NCBI RefSeq assembly: GCF_900167395.1 | Contig: NZ_FUWK01000005.1 | Span: forward strand, 1 to 32,000 | Source of the DNA: Nitrosomonas europaea | GTDB taxonomy: Bacteria; Pseudomonadota; Gammaproteobacteria; Burkholderiales; Nitrosomonadaceae | Length of the DNA: 32,000 bases | Direction: 5' to 3' | Shown: one piece after another, positions 7,886 to 19,654 of the stretch | Layout of the letters: every line of letters starts with the position of its first letter | Position numbering within the stretch: position 1 is the first letter of the stretch | Notes under the pieces: generated by a model | Seen by the model: the letters and a program-made list of their open reading frames with translations, nothing else | What the model was told of the DNA's origin: nothing | Database searches by the model: none | Position numbers and translations under genes: made by a program

Positions 7886-10252
7886 ATGAGTGCCATGGAA
7901 CAATCCCCCTCTAACCTGCCTGAACTGCCTGCCGATGTCATCGCCCTGGTGCCGATGCGTAATGTCGTGCTGTTCCCGCACGTGATCATGCCCGTTGCCG
8001 TCGGCCGCACCCGGTCGATTGCAGCGATTCAGCATACCTTGCAGTCGAAAGTACCTGTCGGCATCGTGCTGCAGAAAAACCCTTCCGTCGATGAACCTGG
8101 ACTGGATGCACTTTGCCAGATTGGGACCATTGCCAATGTCGTGCGCCATATCGCTTCCGAAGATGGCACACATCACGCTGTCTGCCTGGGAGTCGAGCGC
8201 TTCCGCATCGAAGCGCTGGTTGAAGGCTATCCCTTCCTTGCCGCACGGATCCGGCGTATTCCGGAAGCCATTCCGGATACCACACAAGTGGAAGCACTGA
8301 CATTGCAATTACGCGAACGCGCAATGGAAATTGTATCGCTGCTGCCTAGTGTACCGGCTGAACTGGCACATGCACTGCAGGCGACGCGTGCACCCTCCGA
8401 TCTGGCAGACATTACTGCCAGCCTGCTCGATACTGAAGTGGCCGAGAAGCAGAAACTGCTGGAAACCATCGATATCGAGGAACGGCTGCACAGCGTGCTG
8501 CAAATTCTGGCGCGACGCATCGAGGTCCTGCGACTTTCTCAGGAAATCGGCGAACGTACCAAAGAACAAATGGAGGATCGTGAACGCAAGTTTCTGCTGC
8601 GCGAACAACTGAGGACCATCCAGAAAGAACTTGGTGAAGATGGTGAAAATGAGCAGGAAGTCGTCAAGCTAGAGGAAGCCATCACTGCTGCTGGCATGCC
8701 GACAGATATCGAACAGCAAACACACAAGGAGTTGCAGCGCTTACAACGGATGCCCGCCGCATCGAGCGAATTTTCCATGCTGCACACCTACCTTGAATGG
8801 ATGACAGAACTGCCATGGCAACTGCCGGAAGATAAACCGATCGACCTTGATGCTGCACGTACCATTCTCGAGGCTGATCATTTTGGACTGGAACGCATCA
8901 AGCAGCGCATCATTGAATTTCTCGCCGTACAAAAGCTGAAACCGCAAGGCCGTGCACCGATCCTCTGCTTCGCCGGCCCGCCGGGCGTGGGAAAAACATC
9001 ACTCGGGCAAAGCATTGCACGCGCGCTACAGCGCCCGTTCGTCAGAGTATCGTTAGGCGGAGTCCATGACGAAGCGGAAATGCGTGGTCACCGCCGTACC
9101 TACGTGGGTGCCATGCCGGGCAATATCATCCAGGGGTTGCGCAAGGCGGGTGCACGCAACTGTGTGATGATGCTCGACGAAATCGACAAAATGACTGCCA
9201 GCGCGCATGGTGATCCAGCGGCTGCATTACTGGAAATTCTCGATCCGGAACAGAACTCGACATTCCGTGATAACTATCTGGGTGTCCCATTCGATCTGAG
9301 TCGCGTGGTATTCATCGCCACGGCCAATGTCATTGATCAGATCCCGCCACCGGTACGGGATCGCATGGAAATCATCGATCTGCCGGGTTACACCCAGGAA
9401 GAAAAACTGCAGATTGCGCTGCGTTATCTGGTGCAACGACAAAGCGAAGCCAACGGTCTGCAGACAGATCAATGCATGCTGACATCGGCAGCTTTGCAAG
9501 GCATCATTGCCAACTACACCCGTGAAGCCGGGGTGCGCCAGTTCGAACGTGAAATCGGCCGGATCATGCGTCACGCCGCCCTGCAAATTGCACAAGGCAC
9601 ACAGCAGCAGGTACAGATCGACGCTCAAAATCTGGAAGACATTCTGGGGCCAGAGAAATATGAACATGAACTGGCACTTCACACCGACCTGCCAGGTGTT
9701 GCAACCGGTCTGGCCTGGACACCGGTGGGAGGCGACATCCTGTTCATCGAGGCGACGCGTATCAATGGCAGTGGCCGCCTGATCCTGACCGGTCAACTTG
9801 GCGATGTGATGAAAGAAAGTGCACAAGCAGCGCTCACCCTGGTAAAAGCACGCGCCGAAGACTTGCACATTCCAACCTCAGTGTTCGAGGGAATCGATGT
9901 GCATTTACATGTGCCTGCCGGCGCCATCCCCAAAGACGGGCCAAGCGCAGGTGTGGCAATGTTCATTGCACTGGCTTCGCTGTTTGCCAACCGGCCGGTA
10001 CGGCACGATGTGGCCATGACCGGTGAAATCAGCCTGCGTGGGCTGGTTTTACCGGTTGGCGGCATCAAGGAAAAAATATTGGCGGCGCAGCGTGCCGGTA
10101 TTCGAACTGTACTGCTGCCAGCGCGCAACCGGAAAGATCTGCATGATGTTCCGGAAGCAACACGCACTGCCATACAGTTCGTTTTTCTGGAAACTGCCGA
10201 CAATGCTGTTCAGGCAGCTCTAGGTAAATCCGACAATCTGGAATCCGTTTGA
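7886..10252 (+). CDS. lon: ATP-dependent Lon protease (endopeptidase La)
   Basis: 788 aa. Lon N-terminal domain ([21 protein letters not shown]), Walker [10 protein letters not shown], Walker [10 protein letters not shown], and the protease domain with catalytic Ser in [11 protein letters not shown] and Lys in [10 protein letters not shown]. The start could instead be ATG 7895. Confidence 0.95.
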   Translation: MSAMEQSPSNLPELPADVIALVPMRNVVLFPHVIMPVAVGRTRSIAAIQHTLQSKVPVGIVLQKNPSVDEPGLDALCQIGTIANVVRHIASEDGTHHAVCLGVERFRIEALVEGYPFLAARIRRIPEAIPDTTQVEALTLQLRERAMEIVSLLPSVPAELAHALQATRAPSDLADITASLLDTEVAEKQKLLETIDIEERLHSVLQILARRIEVLRLSQEIGERTKEQMEDRERKFLLREQLRTIQKELGEDGENEQEVVKLEEAITAAGMPTDIEQQTHKELQRLQRMPAASSEFSMLHTYLEWMTELPWQLPEDKPIDLDAARTILEADHFGLERIKQRIIEFLAVQKLKPQGRAPILCFAGPPGVGKTSLGQSIARALQRPFVRVSLGGVHDEAEMRGHRRTYVGAMPGNIIQGLRKAGARNCVMMLDEIDKMTASAHGDPAAALLEILDPEQNSTFRDNYLGVPFDLSRVVFIATANVIDQIPPPVRDRMEIIDLPGYTQEEKLQIALRYLVQRQSEANGLQTDQCMLTSAALQGIIANYTREAGVRQFEREIGRIMRHAALQIAQGTQQQVQIDAQNLEDILGPEKYEHELALHTDLPGVATGLAWTPVGGDILFIEATRINGSGRLILTGQLGDVMKESAQAALTLVKARAEDLHIPTSVFEGIDVHLHVPAGAIPKDGPSAGVAMFIALASLFANRPVRHDVAMTGEISLRGLVLPVGGIKEKILAAQRAGIRTVLLPARNRKDLHDVPEATRTAIQFVFLETADNAVQAALGKSDNLESV

Positions 10253-10260
10253 GGACTGTA

Positions 10261-10291
10261 GCCGCCTGCCAGCCAGTTGCGCGGCAGCGGC
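10261..10291 (+). terminator. GC-rich hairpin 8 nt after the lon stop (weak U-tract)
   Basis: GCCGC(c)TGCC ... GGCAGCGGC forms 9 bp with one bulge and a 12-nt loop. It is followed by AATTTGTCGC. Confidence 0.35.
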
Positions 10292-10426
10292 AATTTGTCG
10301 CATGGCTATTTGGTGAAATCCGGGTTACAGTGTGAATCACCAGGCAGATACTTTTCTTATCTGTCATATATTTGTCTGGTGCAGTTGTTATCCTTGCATT
10401 TTGAATCAATGAAAGGAGAAAGCTTT

Positions 10427-10720
10427 ATGCGAAATGAAACACAGACTACGCATTCCCACAGCAAGCATGAGCAACACTGCCAGCATGTGTACGAAACCGG
10501 ACAGTTACGGCGTGCAAAAATGCATGTCGCACGTCTGACTGGTAATTTTGACAGCAGGAAAATTCTCTCGCCGTCATTACTTCAACTGCTTGAAACCAGC
10601 ATTATTTTGGAGACAACCGACTCGAAAGTGCTTGCCTCCCGGTTAAAACGTAAACCAGCCGCAATCCGTGCTGACCTGCAGAAAATCTGCCATCTCCTTG
10701 CAGAAGAACCAAGGTTATAA
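10427..10720 (+). CDS. Small hypothetical protein with a His-rich N-terminus
   Basis: I prefer ATG 10427 because it is preceded by AAAGGAGAAAG with 5-6 nt spacing. This gives 97 aa, MRNETQTTHSHSKHEQHCQH..., with a possible helix-turn-helix-like C-terminal part. No family is recognised. Confidence 0.5.
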   Translation: MRNETQTTHSHSKHEQHCQHVYETGQLRRAKMHVARLTGNFDSRKILSPSLLQLLETSIILETTDSKVLASRLKRKPAAIRADLQKICHLLAEEPRL

Positions 10721-10878
10721 CAATATCAACCCGGGATCATTACCCGTACTCAAGAAGTTGCAATCGAACTGCCGAAGCCAGATCATTATTTCCAGCCCGG
10801 CAAAACCCATGTACCATTCTTTCATGAAGGCTGCACCACGGTCTTAAAAAGACTCCATTTCATGAAAGAACAGGAAAA

Positions 10879-11205
10879 ATGAAATATCTTACAATAGTAG
10901 TTTTATCATTGTTGATGATCCCTGCCTCAATCACGGCTGGCGACTTGTCTAATCTGCAGCAGCAAACCAACCAGGCCTACGAACAGATGAAGCAGGCTGA
11001 AAGTCAGCTCAGCAACGCCAGGAAGGATGTGCAGGTCAAGCAGGATAATTTGCGCTACCACCAGGAAAAGGCAGCTGAAACCGAGAAGGAGCTCCAGGCC
11101 GCACAGCAGGTTTTACAAAGGGCTGAAGAAAATCAGTCGGCAGCCAGGAAAAAATGGAATGAGAATTCCGAGGAGCTTTATCAGAAGTGGCACCGGAAAA
11201 AATGA
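10879..11205 (+). CDS. Small secreted coiled-coil protein (hypothetical)
   Basis: 108 aa. Signal peptide MKYLTIVVLSLLMIPASITA-GD, followed by a Gln/Glu/Lys/Ala-rich heptad-like sequence. Confidence 0.65.
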   Translation: MKYLTIVVLSLLMIPASITAGDLSNLQQQTNQAYEQMKQAESQLSNARKDVQVKQDNLRYHQEKAAETEKELQAAQQVLQRAEENQSAARKKWNENSEELYQKWHRKK

Positions 11206-11268
11206 AGTGATGAAGCCAAAACTGCCAGACATCACTGCAACATCACTGTACCTGCGCGAGTACCGTAT

Positions 11269-12570
<1,302 letters not shown>

Positions 12571-12800
12571 CTATTGATCTCTCGAAATTATTCCAAAATA
12601 AAGCACCGCACTGTGAACAGCACGGTGCATGAGTATCCTTTTTCAGCGACTGATTACCAGCCTGCTTCTTTTAAAACAGGCAGTTGACTGAATCCGATAA
12701 ACTTACACTTCCTCTGGTTGACGGGTATCAAGACTCCCCGCTTCCCTACCTCAGTACAGCCGCCCCATCTGCAGGCAAAACCGTTCTCCTCCAGCGTCGT

Positions 12801-13976
12801 TTATCCTGTAACCGGATCGATTTCCCAGTTACCATTACGGAAAACGAGTTTCCTGTCGCAACCTGTTACTTCCTGATTTTCTTCTCCCGGCAGCTCAGTC
12901 ACCACGATATGCCCTTCAGCACGTAATTGCCGAACCATTGCTGCCAGTTTCTCATCTTCCGGCTTCCATGGCGCCAGTATTCCCGAAGGATAACCATTCA
13001 TATCCGTCAGCTGCGACAACTGTTTCAAGTCGAGACTGAATCCGGTTGCCGGCCTCGCTCTGCCAAACGATTTGCCGATTTCATCATAGCGTCCTCCCAG
13101 GGCGATGGGCGCAGGACATCCCGGTGTATAAACGGCGAAAACCATACCCGTATGATAGTGGTAGCCCCGCAAATCAGCCAGATCAAACGTTATCCGGTCG
13201 ACATAAGGTTGCAGTATTCTGGCAACATGTTCCAGTTGATCCAGTGCCTCACCGATTTCCGGGAAATCCGGCAAATGCTGACGCGCACTCAGAAGCACGG
13301 TACCGTCCCCATACAGCTCCGGTAACAACAGCAAAGCATTTTGCACCGATCTGGTCAGACGTTTATTCAAGCCTGTACGTACCAGTTCCTTCAGGGAGCT
13401 AATATCCTTGGCCCACAATGCAGCATAAAGCTCCATTTCGAACTCGGGCTTGATGCCTGAATCACGAATCAGGCTGCGAAAAACCCTGATATGCCCAAGA
13501 TCGAGATGAATCGAATGAATGCCTGAAACTGACAGACACTCCAGTAACAAACACTGGATTTCAAGATCACTCTCGATACCGGAATGTCCGTACAATTCGG
13601 CACCCACCTGGAATGGCTCACGTGTGCGGGTAATTTCATCCGGTACCGTATGGACCACGCTGCTGGCATAACAAAGCCGCGTCACGCCACTGATATTCAG
13701 TAAATGAGCATCGATCCGGGCTGCCTGCGGAGTCATATCCGCGCGCAATCCCATCATTCTGCCGCTGAGCTGATCGACGACCTTGAACATACGCAGATTC
13801 ATACCGCTTCCGCTCCCGGCCAGCAAGGATTCCACATATTCCAGCAGGGGCGGCATGACAAACTGATACCCGTGGGCAAACAACATGTCCATGATAAGAC
13901 GGCGGATCTTCTCTATACGATAAGCATCACGCGGCAATACATCTTCAATATATTCAGGAAGCAGCCAGTTGCGCAT
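12801..13976 (-). CDS. hisZ: ATP phosphoribosyltransferase regulatory subunit
   Basis: 391 aa with a class-II aaRS (HisRS)-like core (MRNWLLPEYIEDVLP..., GGRYDEIG) but no anticodon-binding domain. The position next to purA and downstream of hflKC is the usual betaproteobacterial one. Confidence 0.92.
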   Translation of the reverse strand: MRNWLLPEYIEDVLPRDAYRIEKIRRLIMDMLFAHGYQFVMPPLLEYVESLLAGSGSGMNLRMFKVVDQLSGRMMGLRADMTPQAARIDAHLLNISGVTRLCYASSVVHTVPDEITRTREPFQVGAELYGHSGIESDLEIQCLLLECLSVSGIHSIHLDLGHIRVFRSLIRDSGIKPEFEMELYAALWAKDISSLKELVRTGLNKRLTRSVQNALLLLPELYGDGTVLLSARQHLPDFPEIGEALDQLEHVARILQPYVDRITFDLADLRGYHYHTGMVFAVYTPGCPAPIALGGRYDEIGKSFGRARPATGFSLDLKQLSQLTDMNGYPSGILAPWKPEDEKLAAMVRQLRAEGHIVVTELPGEENQEVTGCDRKLVFRNGNWEIDPVTG

Positions 13977-14051
13977 TTTTCAACATTGACCGGAATGAGT
14001 CATATCCGGATCGATAGCAGGAACAATCAAAATTATCAGAGGAAAGATCGA

Positions 14052-14252
14052 TCAGTTGACCAGAAAGAGGATAACCAGGCCGACCAGCATGGTACTGAGG
14101 CCCACGAACCTTATCTGGCTGTCTTCCAGTTGCATGAGTTTGAGAAAGGTTTCACGCCAGGCACCAGGAAATGAAAAAGGAAAGATACCTTCCAGTATCA
14201 GCATCAGTGCAATTGCTTGCAGAAAGGTATCCCACATATCAGTCTTGAACAT
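14052..14252 (-). CDS. DUF2065-family small membrane protein
   Basis: 66 aa with two hydrophobic helices. The motif ILEGIFPF..P..WR and the conserved location between hflC and hisZ support the call. The true start may be the Met at 14237. Confidence 0.75.
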   Translation of the reverse strand: MFKTDMWDTFLQAIALMLILEGIFPFSFPGAWRETFLKLMQLEDSQIRFVGLSTMLVGLVILFLVN

Positions 14253-14370
14253 CGATTAATGAAACGTTTCCTGATACGCTGCCACTTAAACCTGCCAACC
14301 AATATTCTCCAGAACGCCGGTTTTCAGTTTCGCAATCCAGTTTAAGAGGCCGCATATCAGGTTCAAATCT

Positions 14371-15249
14371 CTATTTTTTACGATCTAACGGGGTTTTCAT
14401 ATATTTGAAAAACTCCGAATTAGGTTCCAGGACGAGAATATCCTCCTTGCTTTTGAAGGATTTTCGATACGCCTCCAGACTCCGGTAAAATTCATAGAAT
14501 TTCGCATCCTTCTGGAAAGCATCGGCATAAATTGCCGTTGCCTGGGCATCACCATCCCCCATGATTTTCTGAGCTTCGCTATAGGCTTCCGCCAGAATCA
14601 CTTCATGCTGGCGATCAGCATCAGCACGGATTTTTTCCGCTTCGGCAGCACCGGTCGAACGCAGCTCGTTTGCCACCCGTTTACGTTCCGCTTCCATTCT
14701 GCGATAAACGGATTCACTGACTTCCTGGGGCAAATCTACGCGCTTGAGCCGCACATCCACGACTTCCACACCAATCTTTCTGGCATCCGCATTAGCTTTC
14801 TGACGCATGATCTCCATGATCTTGTCACGTTCTCCAGAAACCACATCGTGCACGGTCCGGTTACCGAATTCATCACGCATGCTGGAATTGATGGTCTGTG
14901 CAAGGCGAGTCTGTGCCAATGTCTCATCTCCGCGAACACTGACATAGTATTGTTTGACATCCACGATGCGCCATTTAACGAACAAATCCACCAGAACGTT
15001 TTTCTTTTCCGATGTGATGAAGCGTTCGGGTTCCTCTGAATCCATCGTCAGAATACGAGAATCGAAAAAACGAACATTCTGGGCGACAGGTATCTTGAAA
15101 TAGACACCCGGAGAAGTTTTGACTCCCACGACCTCCCCCAGCTGGAACAGTAATGCCTGCTCACGTTCGTCAACAATATAGACAGCAGAACTGCCCAATA
15201 CCGCCAGCACCAGCAGAAGCCCGCCAAATACAGATGAAACTGCTTTCAT
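14371..15249 (-). CDS. hflC: Protease modulator HflC (SPFH/band-7 domain)
   Basis: 292 aa with an N-terminal TM helix and an SPFH domain. There is a one-nt stop/start overlap with hflK. Confidence 0.95.
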   Translation of the reverse strand: MKAVSSVFGGLLLVLAVLGSSAVYIVDEREQALLFQLGEVVGVKTSPGVYFKIPVAQNVRFFDSRILTMDSEEPERFITSEKKNVLVDLFVKWRIVDVKQYYVSVRGDETLAQTRLAQTINSSMRDEFGNRTVHDVVSGERDKIMEIMRQKANADARKIGVEVVDVRLKRVDLPQEVSESVYRRMEAERKRVANELRSTGAAEAEKIRADADRQHEVILAEAYSEAQKIMGDGDAQATAIYADAFQKDAKFYEFYRSLEAYRKSFKSKEDILVLEPNSEFFKYMKTPLDRKK

Positions 15250-16439
15250 TATCTCATCTCCCGTTCACGACTACGAAAAGACTCACGCGAACGTGAGCCG
15301 ACATCTGAGGAAAATTCCTGGGATTCATTTTGTGATCTGGCCGCTGCAACTGAAGATCTCGTCGCACTGGAATCAGCCTGAATCAGCTTGTCCAGTGGCA
15401 GATAAAGCAGATTGCTCCCGCCTTTTTCCTGATCGATCAGGATTTTGCTGGTACTGGATAAAACTTGCTGGATCGTATCGAAATACATACGTTCCCGTGT
15501 GACCTCGGGTGCTTTGGCATATTCTGTCTGCACCTGCGTAAAGCGGCTGGCATCCCCCTCTGCAGCGGCAACTACCCTTTGCTTATACCCCTGAGCTTCC
15601 TCCAGCAAACGTGCGGCTCCCCCTCTTGCTCTCGGTATCACATCATTTGCATAAGCCTGGCCTTCGTTTCTTTGCCGTTCACGATCCTGACCTGCCTTGA
15701 CGGCATCATCAAAAGCGGCCTGTACCTGCTCAGGCGGCTGCGCATTCTGCATCGTTACCCGGTTGATGGAAATACCGATCTGATAACGGTCGAGAATTTC
15801 CTGCATCAGCTCGGTCGTTTTGGCTGTTACCTCTTCACGCCCTTCGTACAGGACAAAGTCCATTTTGCTGGTACCAATGACTTGCCGGATGGCTGTTTCT
15901 GCCACCTGCAAGACGGTACTTTCCGGATCACGGTTATTGAAGAGGAAATTCTCGGGACTGTTCAGAATGTACTGCACGGCAAACTGGATATCGACGATAT
16001 TTTCATCATCCGTAAGTATCAGCGATTCCTTGAGTACCTTGCTGCGAACATTATTACGATAGCCGATTTCCACCGTGCGTACCTGACCAATATTGACAGA
16101 CTCGACAGCTTCGACAGGCGAAGGAATATGCCAGCGCAATCCCGGCATGGTCGTTTCCACATGTTTACCGAAACGCAGTACCACACCGCGCTGACCTTCA
16201 TCGACAATGTAAAAACCACTTCCTATCCATGCCAGAGCAAGCAAAGCGACGATTGCTACAAACCCCCTGCCGCTGGGAAGATTAGGGCTTCCCCCGCCAG
16301 AGTCTTCATCATCGTTACCCCCTCCCTTTTTGCCGAAAATTTCACTTATTTTCTGGTTAAAGTTACGCATAATGTCTTCAAGGTCAGGAGGCCCTGAGTT
16401 GCCTCTTCTTTTTCCCCACTGCGGATCATTCAAGCCCAT
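15249..16439 (-). CDS. hflK: Protease modulator HflK (SPFH/band-7 domain)
   Basis: 396 aa. Gly-rich N-terminus, TM helix, SPFH domain and a coiled-coil C-terminus. The gene follows hflX. Confidence 0.95.
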   Translation of the reverse strand: MGLNDPQWGKRRGNSGPPDLEDIMRNFNQKISEIFGKKGGGNDDEDSGGGSPNLPSGRGFVAIVALLALAWIGSGFYIVDEGQRGVVLRFGKHVETTMPGLRWHIPSPVEAVESVNIGQVRTVEIGYRNNVRSKVLKESLILTDDENIVDIQFAVQYILNSPENFLFNNRDPESTVLQVAETAIRQVIGTSKMDFVLYEGREEVTAKTTELMQEILDRYQIGISINRVTMQNAQPPEQVQAAFDDAVKAGQDRERQRNEGQAYANDVIPRARGGAARLLEEAQGYKQRVVAAAEGDASRFTQVQTEYAKAPEVTRERMYFDTIQQVLSSTSKILIDQEKGGSNLLYLPLDKLIQADSSATRSSVAAARSQNESQEFSSDVGSRSRESFRSREREMR

Positions 16440-16444
16440 GTGAT

Positions 16445-17635
16445 TTAGTCCTTCTCATTATTTATAAAAGTGGCACGGACATTGTCGTTCATGCTTTCAG
16501 GTGTTGCTGAATGTTGCTCTAACCTCTTCAAATTCTGGTCAAACACCTCTGCCAGTGCGTCGTACAGATAACTAAAACCCGCTCCTGTCCTCGCGCTGAG
16601 ATGAATGCTTTTGATTCTACCATACTCATCACGCATGTAATTCCCGGACGGATACTGTTCGAGAAGATCAATTTTATTCAGAATCAGAATCTGCGGTATC
16701 GTATCGGCACCAATTTCTCGCAATAATTTATTGACTTCGCTGATCTGCGCATCCCGATTGGAACTGGAGGCATCGACTACATGCAGAAGCAAATCAGCTT
16801 GTATGGTTTCTTCCAGTGTGGCACGGAATGCCGCAACGAGCGTATGGGGTAATTCGCGGATAAATCCAACTGTATCGGAAATTACTATCGTCCCGCGTCC
16901 GGGAAGTGTCAGCCTCCGGGTAGTCGTGTCCAGCGTAGCGAACAACTTGTCGGCAGCATATGTATCCGTTCGTACCAGCCGATTGAACAAGGTCGATTTA
17001 CCGGCATTGGTATACCCTACTATGGAAACGGACAGGATTTCTGCACGCTTTCTCGCACGCCGCCGTACCTCACGCTGCCGTTTGAGCTTGGTCAGCTTCT
17101 CTTTCAAAAGTTTTACGCGCTTCGCCAGCAAACGACGATCCGTCTCCAGCTGCGTTTCACCCGGCCCGCGCAGACCGATACCACCCTTCTGACGTTCGAG
17201 GTGAGTCCATCCTCTCACCAGTCGTGTTGAAAGGTATTCCAGCTGGGCCAGTTCGACCTGCAGTTTACCTTCATGACTTTTGGCACGTTGCGCGAAAATA
17301 TCCAGAATCAGACTGGTACGATCTATGATGCGGCAAGCCAGCACCATGGAAAGATTTCGTTGCTGTACCGGAGACAGCTCATGGTTGAATATCACCATTG
17401 CAGCGTGTGTCTGCGCCAGAATCTGGCTGATTTCCTCTGCCTTGCCCTTGCCGATAAAGGTGGCAGGGTCAGGTTGCTTCCGCGTCCCTTCAACTACAGC
17501 GACCACCGAGAGCCGATCGCTGCGAGCAAGCTCCCGCAGCTCTTCCAGGCTTTCTTTATCTCCTTCACCAAAATCGATGTCTACTAATATCGCGGTGTTA
17601 TCAGCCACCGTTCCAGTAGCAACATCATGGCTCAT
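16445..17635 (-). CDS. hflX: Ribosome-associated GTPase HflX
   Basis: 396 aa. HflX N-terminal domain, G1 [10 protein letters not shown]3 DTVGF and G4 NKID. It overlaps the hfq 3' end by 11 nt. Confidence 0.95.
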   Translation of the reverse strand: MSHDVATGTVADNTAILVDIDFGEGDKESLEELRELARSDRLSVVAVVEGTRKQPDPATFIGKGKAEEISQILAQTHAAMVIFNHELSPVQQRNLSMVLACRIIDRTSLILDIFAQRAKSHEGKLQVELAQLEYLSTRLVRGWTHLERQKGGIGLRGPGETQLETDRRLLAKRVKLLKEKLTKLKRQREVRRRARKRAEILSVSIVGYTNAGKSTLFNRLVRTDTYAADKLFATLDTTTRRLTLPGRGTIVISDTVGFIRELPHTLVAAFRATLEETIQADLLLHVVDASSSNRDAQISEVNKLLREIGADTIPQILILNKIDLLEQYPSGNYMRDEYGRIKSIHLSARTGAGFSYLYDALAEVFDQNLKRLEQHSATPESMNDNVRATFINNEKD

Positions 17636-17879
17636 CTTGCTCAGTCTGGGTGTCGGCAGGTATCGGAATTGAAATAGCTTTGGCCGGAACTATGGTGGAG
17701 ATGGCATGTTTATAAACCATCTGCGTGACAGAATTTTTCAACAGAACGACATACTGATCAAAGGAATCAATTTGACCTTGTAACTTGATGCCGTTGACCA
17801 GATAAATGGAAACCGGAATACGCTCCTTGCGCAAGATATTCAGAAAAGGATCCTGCAGTAACTGCCCTTTGACGCCCAT
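17625..17879 (-). CDS. hfq: RNA chaperone Hfq
   Basis: 84 aa. Sm motifs [39 protein letters not shown] and [10 protein letters not shown]. An RBS GGGAGGA lies upstream. Confidence 0.97.
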   Translation of the reverse strand: MGVKGQLLQDPFLNILRKERIPVSIYLVNGIKLQGQIDSFDQYVVLLKNSVTQMVYKHAISTIVPAKAISIPIPADTQTEQDEP

Positions 17880-18213
17880 TGTTCATCCTCCCTGGTGAAT
17901 TTTTTTAGTTATCTGATAAGAATAAATACCCTTCTGGGTTGGTCGGCCGTTTCCGGCAGTATTTTTGTCATGATCCGAGAATCTGACTGCATCATCAGAT
18001 CGACAGAAAGAAATCAAAAATTCATAAAAACTCATCCCGGGTATTTTGATGTTACTAAAGTATAAGTCGCGCAAAACCATAAGTCTAACACGGTGTATCT
18101 CGCCGTCTACGCGATACAGTATTTTTGATTTACCTGAAAAAGGAAATCGCAGAAAAAACCAGAACGGTAGCCGACAGCATGAAATATCATCCTGCTTTAC
18201 TGATACAAAGCTC

Positions 18214-19572
18214 TCAGGCAGCAGAATTCTGTTTCGTATGTTCTGGAGAAGAGCTGATCACTGGCGCGGTTTCGGCCGGTAGCACACGATTACTCGGAAA
18301 CCATATCCTGAAAATGCTTCCCGCTCCAGGCTGGCTGGTAATTTCCATACTCGCCTGATGACGATTCAGAACATGCTTGACTATGGCAAGACCGAGACCG
18401 GTTCCGCCGGTTTCACGGGAACGGCTGCGATCCACCCGATAAAAACGTTCCGTCAACCGGGGAATATGATTTGGCTCGATGCCGATCCCGCTGTCCTGGA
18501 CGTAAAACAACCCTTTTCCATTTTCCACTACCCAATTCAGGGAAATTATCCCGCTCTCCGGGGTATATCGCACAGCATTACTGATCAGATTCTCAAATGC
18601 GCTGCGCAGTTCATCTTCACTGCCGAGCAACATGGCATGACTGGCAAGATTGAGAGAAATGACATGACGCCCTGCACTCAGTGACTGGGCTTCCTGGTAA
18701 AGTCCCTGCAACAGTTTGACGACATCCACCTGTTCTTCTGTCAGGTTGTTTCCGGCGTTCTCCAGCCGGGACAACGTCAGCAAATCCTCTACCAGGCGAC
18801 GCATGCGGATGGCCTGGTCGGACATCAGCCGCAGTGCATTTTTCTCCATTTCGCCGGATATTTTATTTTCTTCCAGCAGTGTTTCAAGGAACCCGCCAAT
18901 CACTGTCAGGGGTGTACGCAATTCATGCGAGACATTGGCAACGAAATCCCGCCGCATGATTTCAATTTTCTCAAAACGCGTCACATCCTGGCTGATCAGC
19001 AGTTTTTCCCTGTCACCATAAGGCACGATCTGGATGGAGAGCAGGACATCACGCAAGCGTGACTGATTGAGTAAAAAGGGTTTACTGAAATCTCCCATGT
19101 CGAGATAGGCCACGAACCTCACCTGGCGCACCATACGGGTAATGTGCTGGCCGGCATCCATTTCGAGATTGAGGCCCAGATGCCGCTCGGCGGCTGAATT
19201 GCACCACTCGATCTGATCCTTGTCACCCAGAATGACAATACCTTCCGGCAGTGCAGATGTCGCGCGCTGCAATCGTTCCAGGGAAGTATTCAATCCCAGG
19301 CGCTCCTTGTCATGACGCCGCACGAAGCGTGCCAGCCTGGCGAATACCACACCCCATAAGCCTGATCTGTCAGGTACCGTCGCGTAGGAAAGATCCGAAT
19401 GATGCAGCCATTGTTCCAGACAATACAACGTATGAATATGGTAAATGACGATCCCTAACAGAATGATGCTGTACAGGCCGAATACGATTGCAGCATTGAA
19501 CAGTATCCCCACCGGTATGGCAATGATAGTCAGCCATAAAACAGGAGCAAGGCTCAACCAGAAGGAGTTCAT
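18214..19572 (-). CDS. phoR: PhoR-type phosphate-regulon sensor histidine kinase
   Basis: 452 aa. PhoR-like double-TM N-terminus, PAS region (LPEGIVILGDKDQIEWCN), HisKA H-box FVANVSHELRTPLTVI, and HATPase N/G boxes (NLISNAVRYT, DSGIGI, GGTGLGLAIV). Confidence 0.85.
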   Translation of the reverse strand: MNSFWLSLAPVLWLTIIAIPVGILFNAAIVFGLYSIILLGIVIYHIHTLYCLEQWLHHSDLSYATVPDRSGLWGVVFARLARFVRRHDKERLGLNTSLERLQRATSALPEGIVILGDKDQIEWCNSAAERHLGLNLEMDAGQHITRMVRQVRFVAYLDMGDFSKPFLLNQSRLRDVLLSIQIVPYGDREKLLISQDVTRFEKIEIMRRDFVANVSHELRTPLTVIGGFLETLLEENKISGEMEKNALRLMSDQAIRMRRLVEDLLTLSRLENAGNNLTEEQVDVVKLLQGLYQEAQSLSAGRHVISLNLASHAMLLGSEDELRSAFENLISNAVRYTPESGIISLNWVVENGKGLFYVQDSGIGIEPNHIPRLTERFYRVDRSRSRETGGTGLGLAIVKHVLNRHQASMEITSQPGAGSIFRIWFPSNRVLPAETAPVISSSPEHTKQNSAA

Positions 19573-19654
19573 ATGGTTATGGAGCAGTAGTGGAATCGAT
19601 TTCCCTGATTATTCTGCTCAACCATGGTGGTATCTGTTTTTTCGGGCTCATTCT

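Noticed and set aside
11206-11268. Direct repeat CATCACTG-caa-CATCACTG with an upstream inverted copy AGTGATG, between the coiled-coil ORF and the purA 3' end.
   Set aside because: It is very short and compatible with chance, and no functional context is evident.
17883-18131. A 65-aa minus-strand ORF, and a plus-strand hairpin (18095-18117) followed by ATTTTTGATTT that could mark a small RNA between hfq and phoR.
   Set aside because: The ORF has no RBS and an implausible sequence. The hairpin is only 5+2 bp with an internal mismatch, and I could find no matching plus-strand promoter. This is too weak to call.
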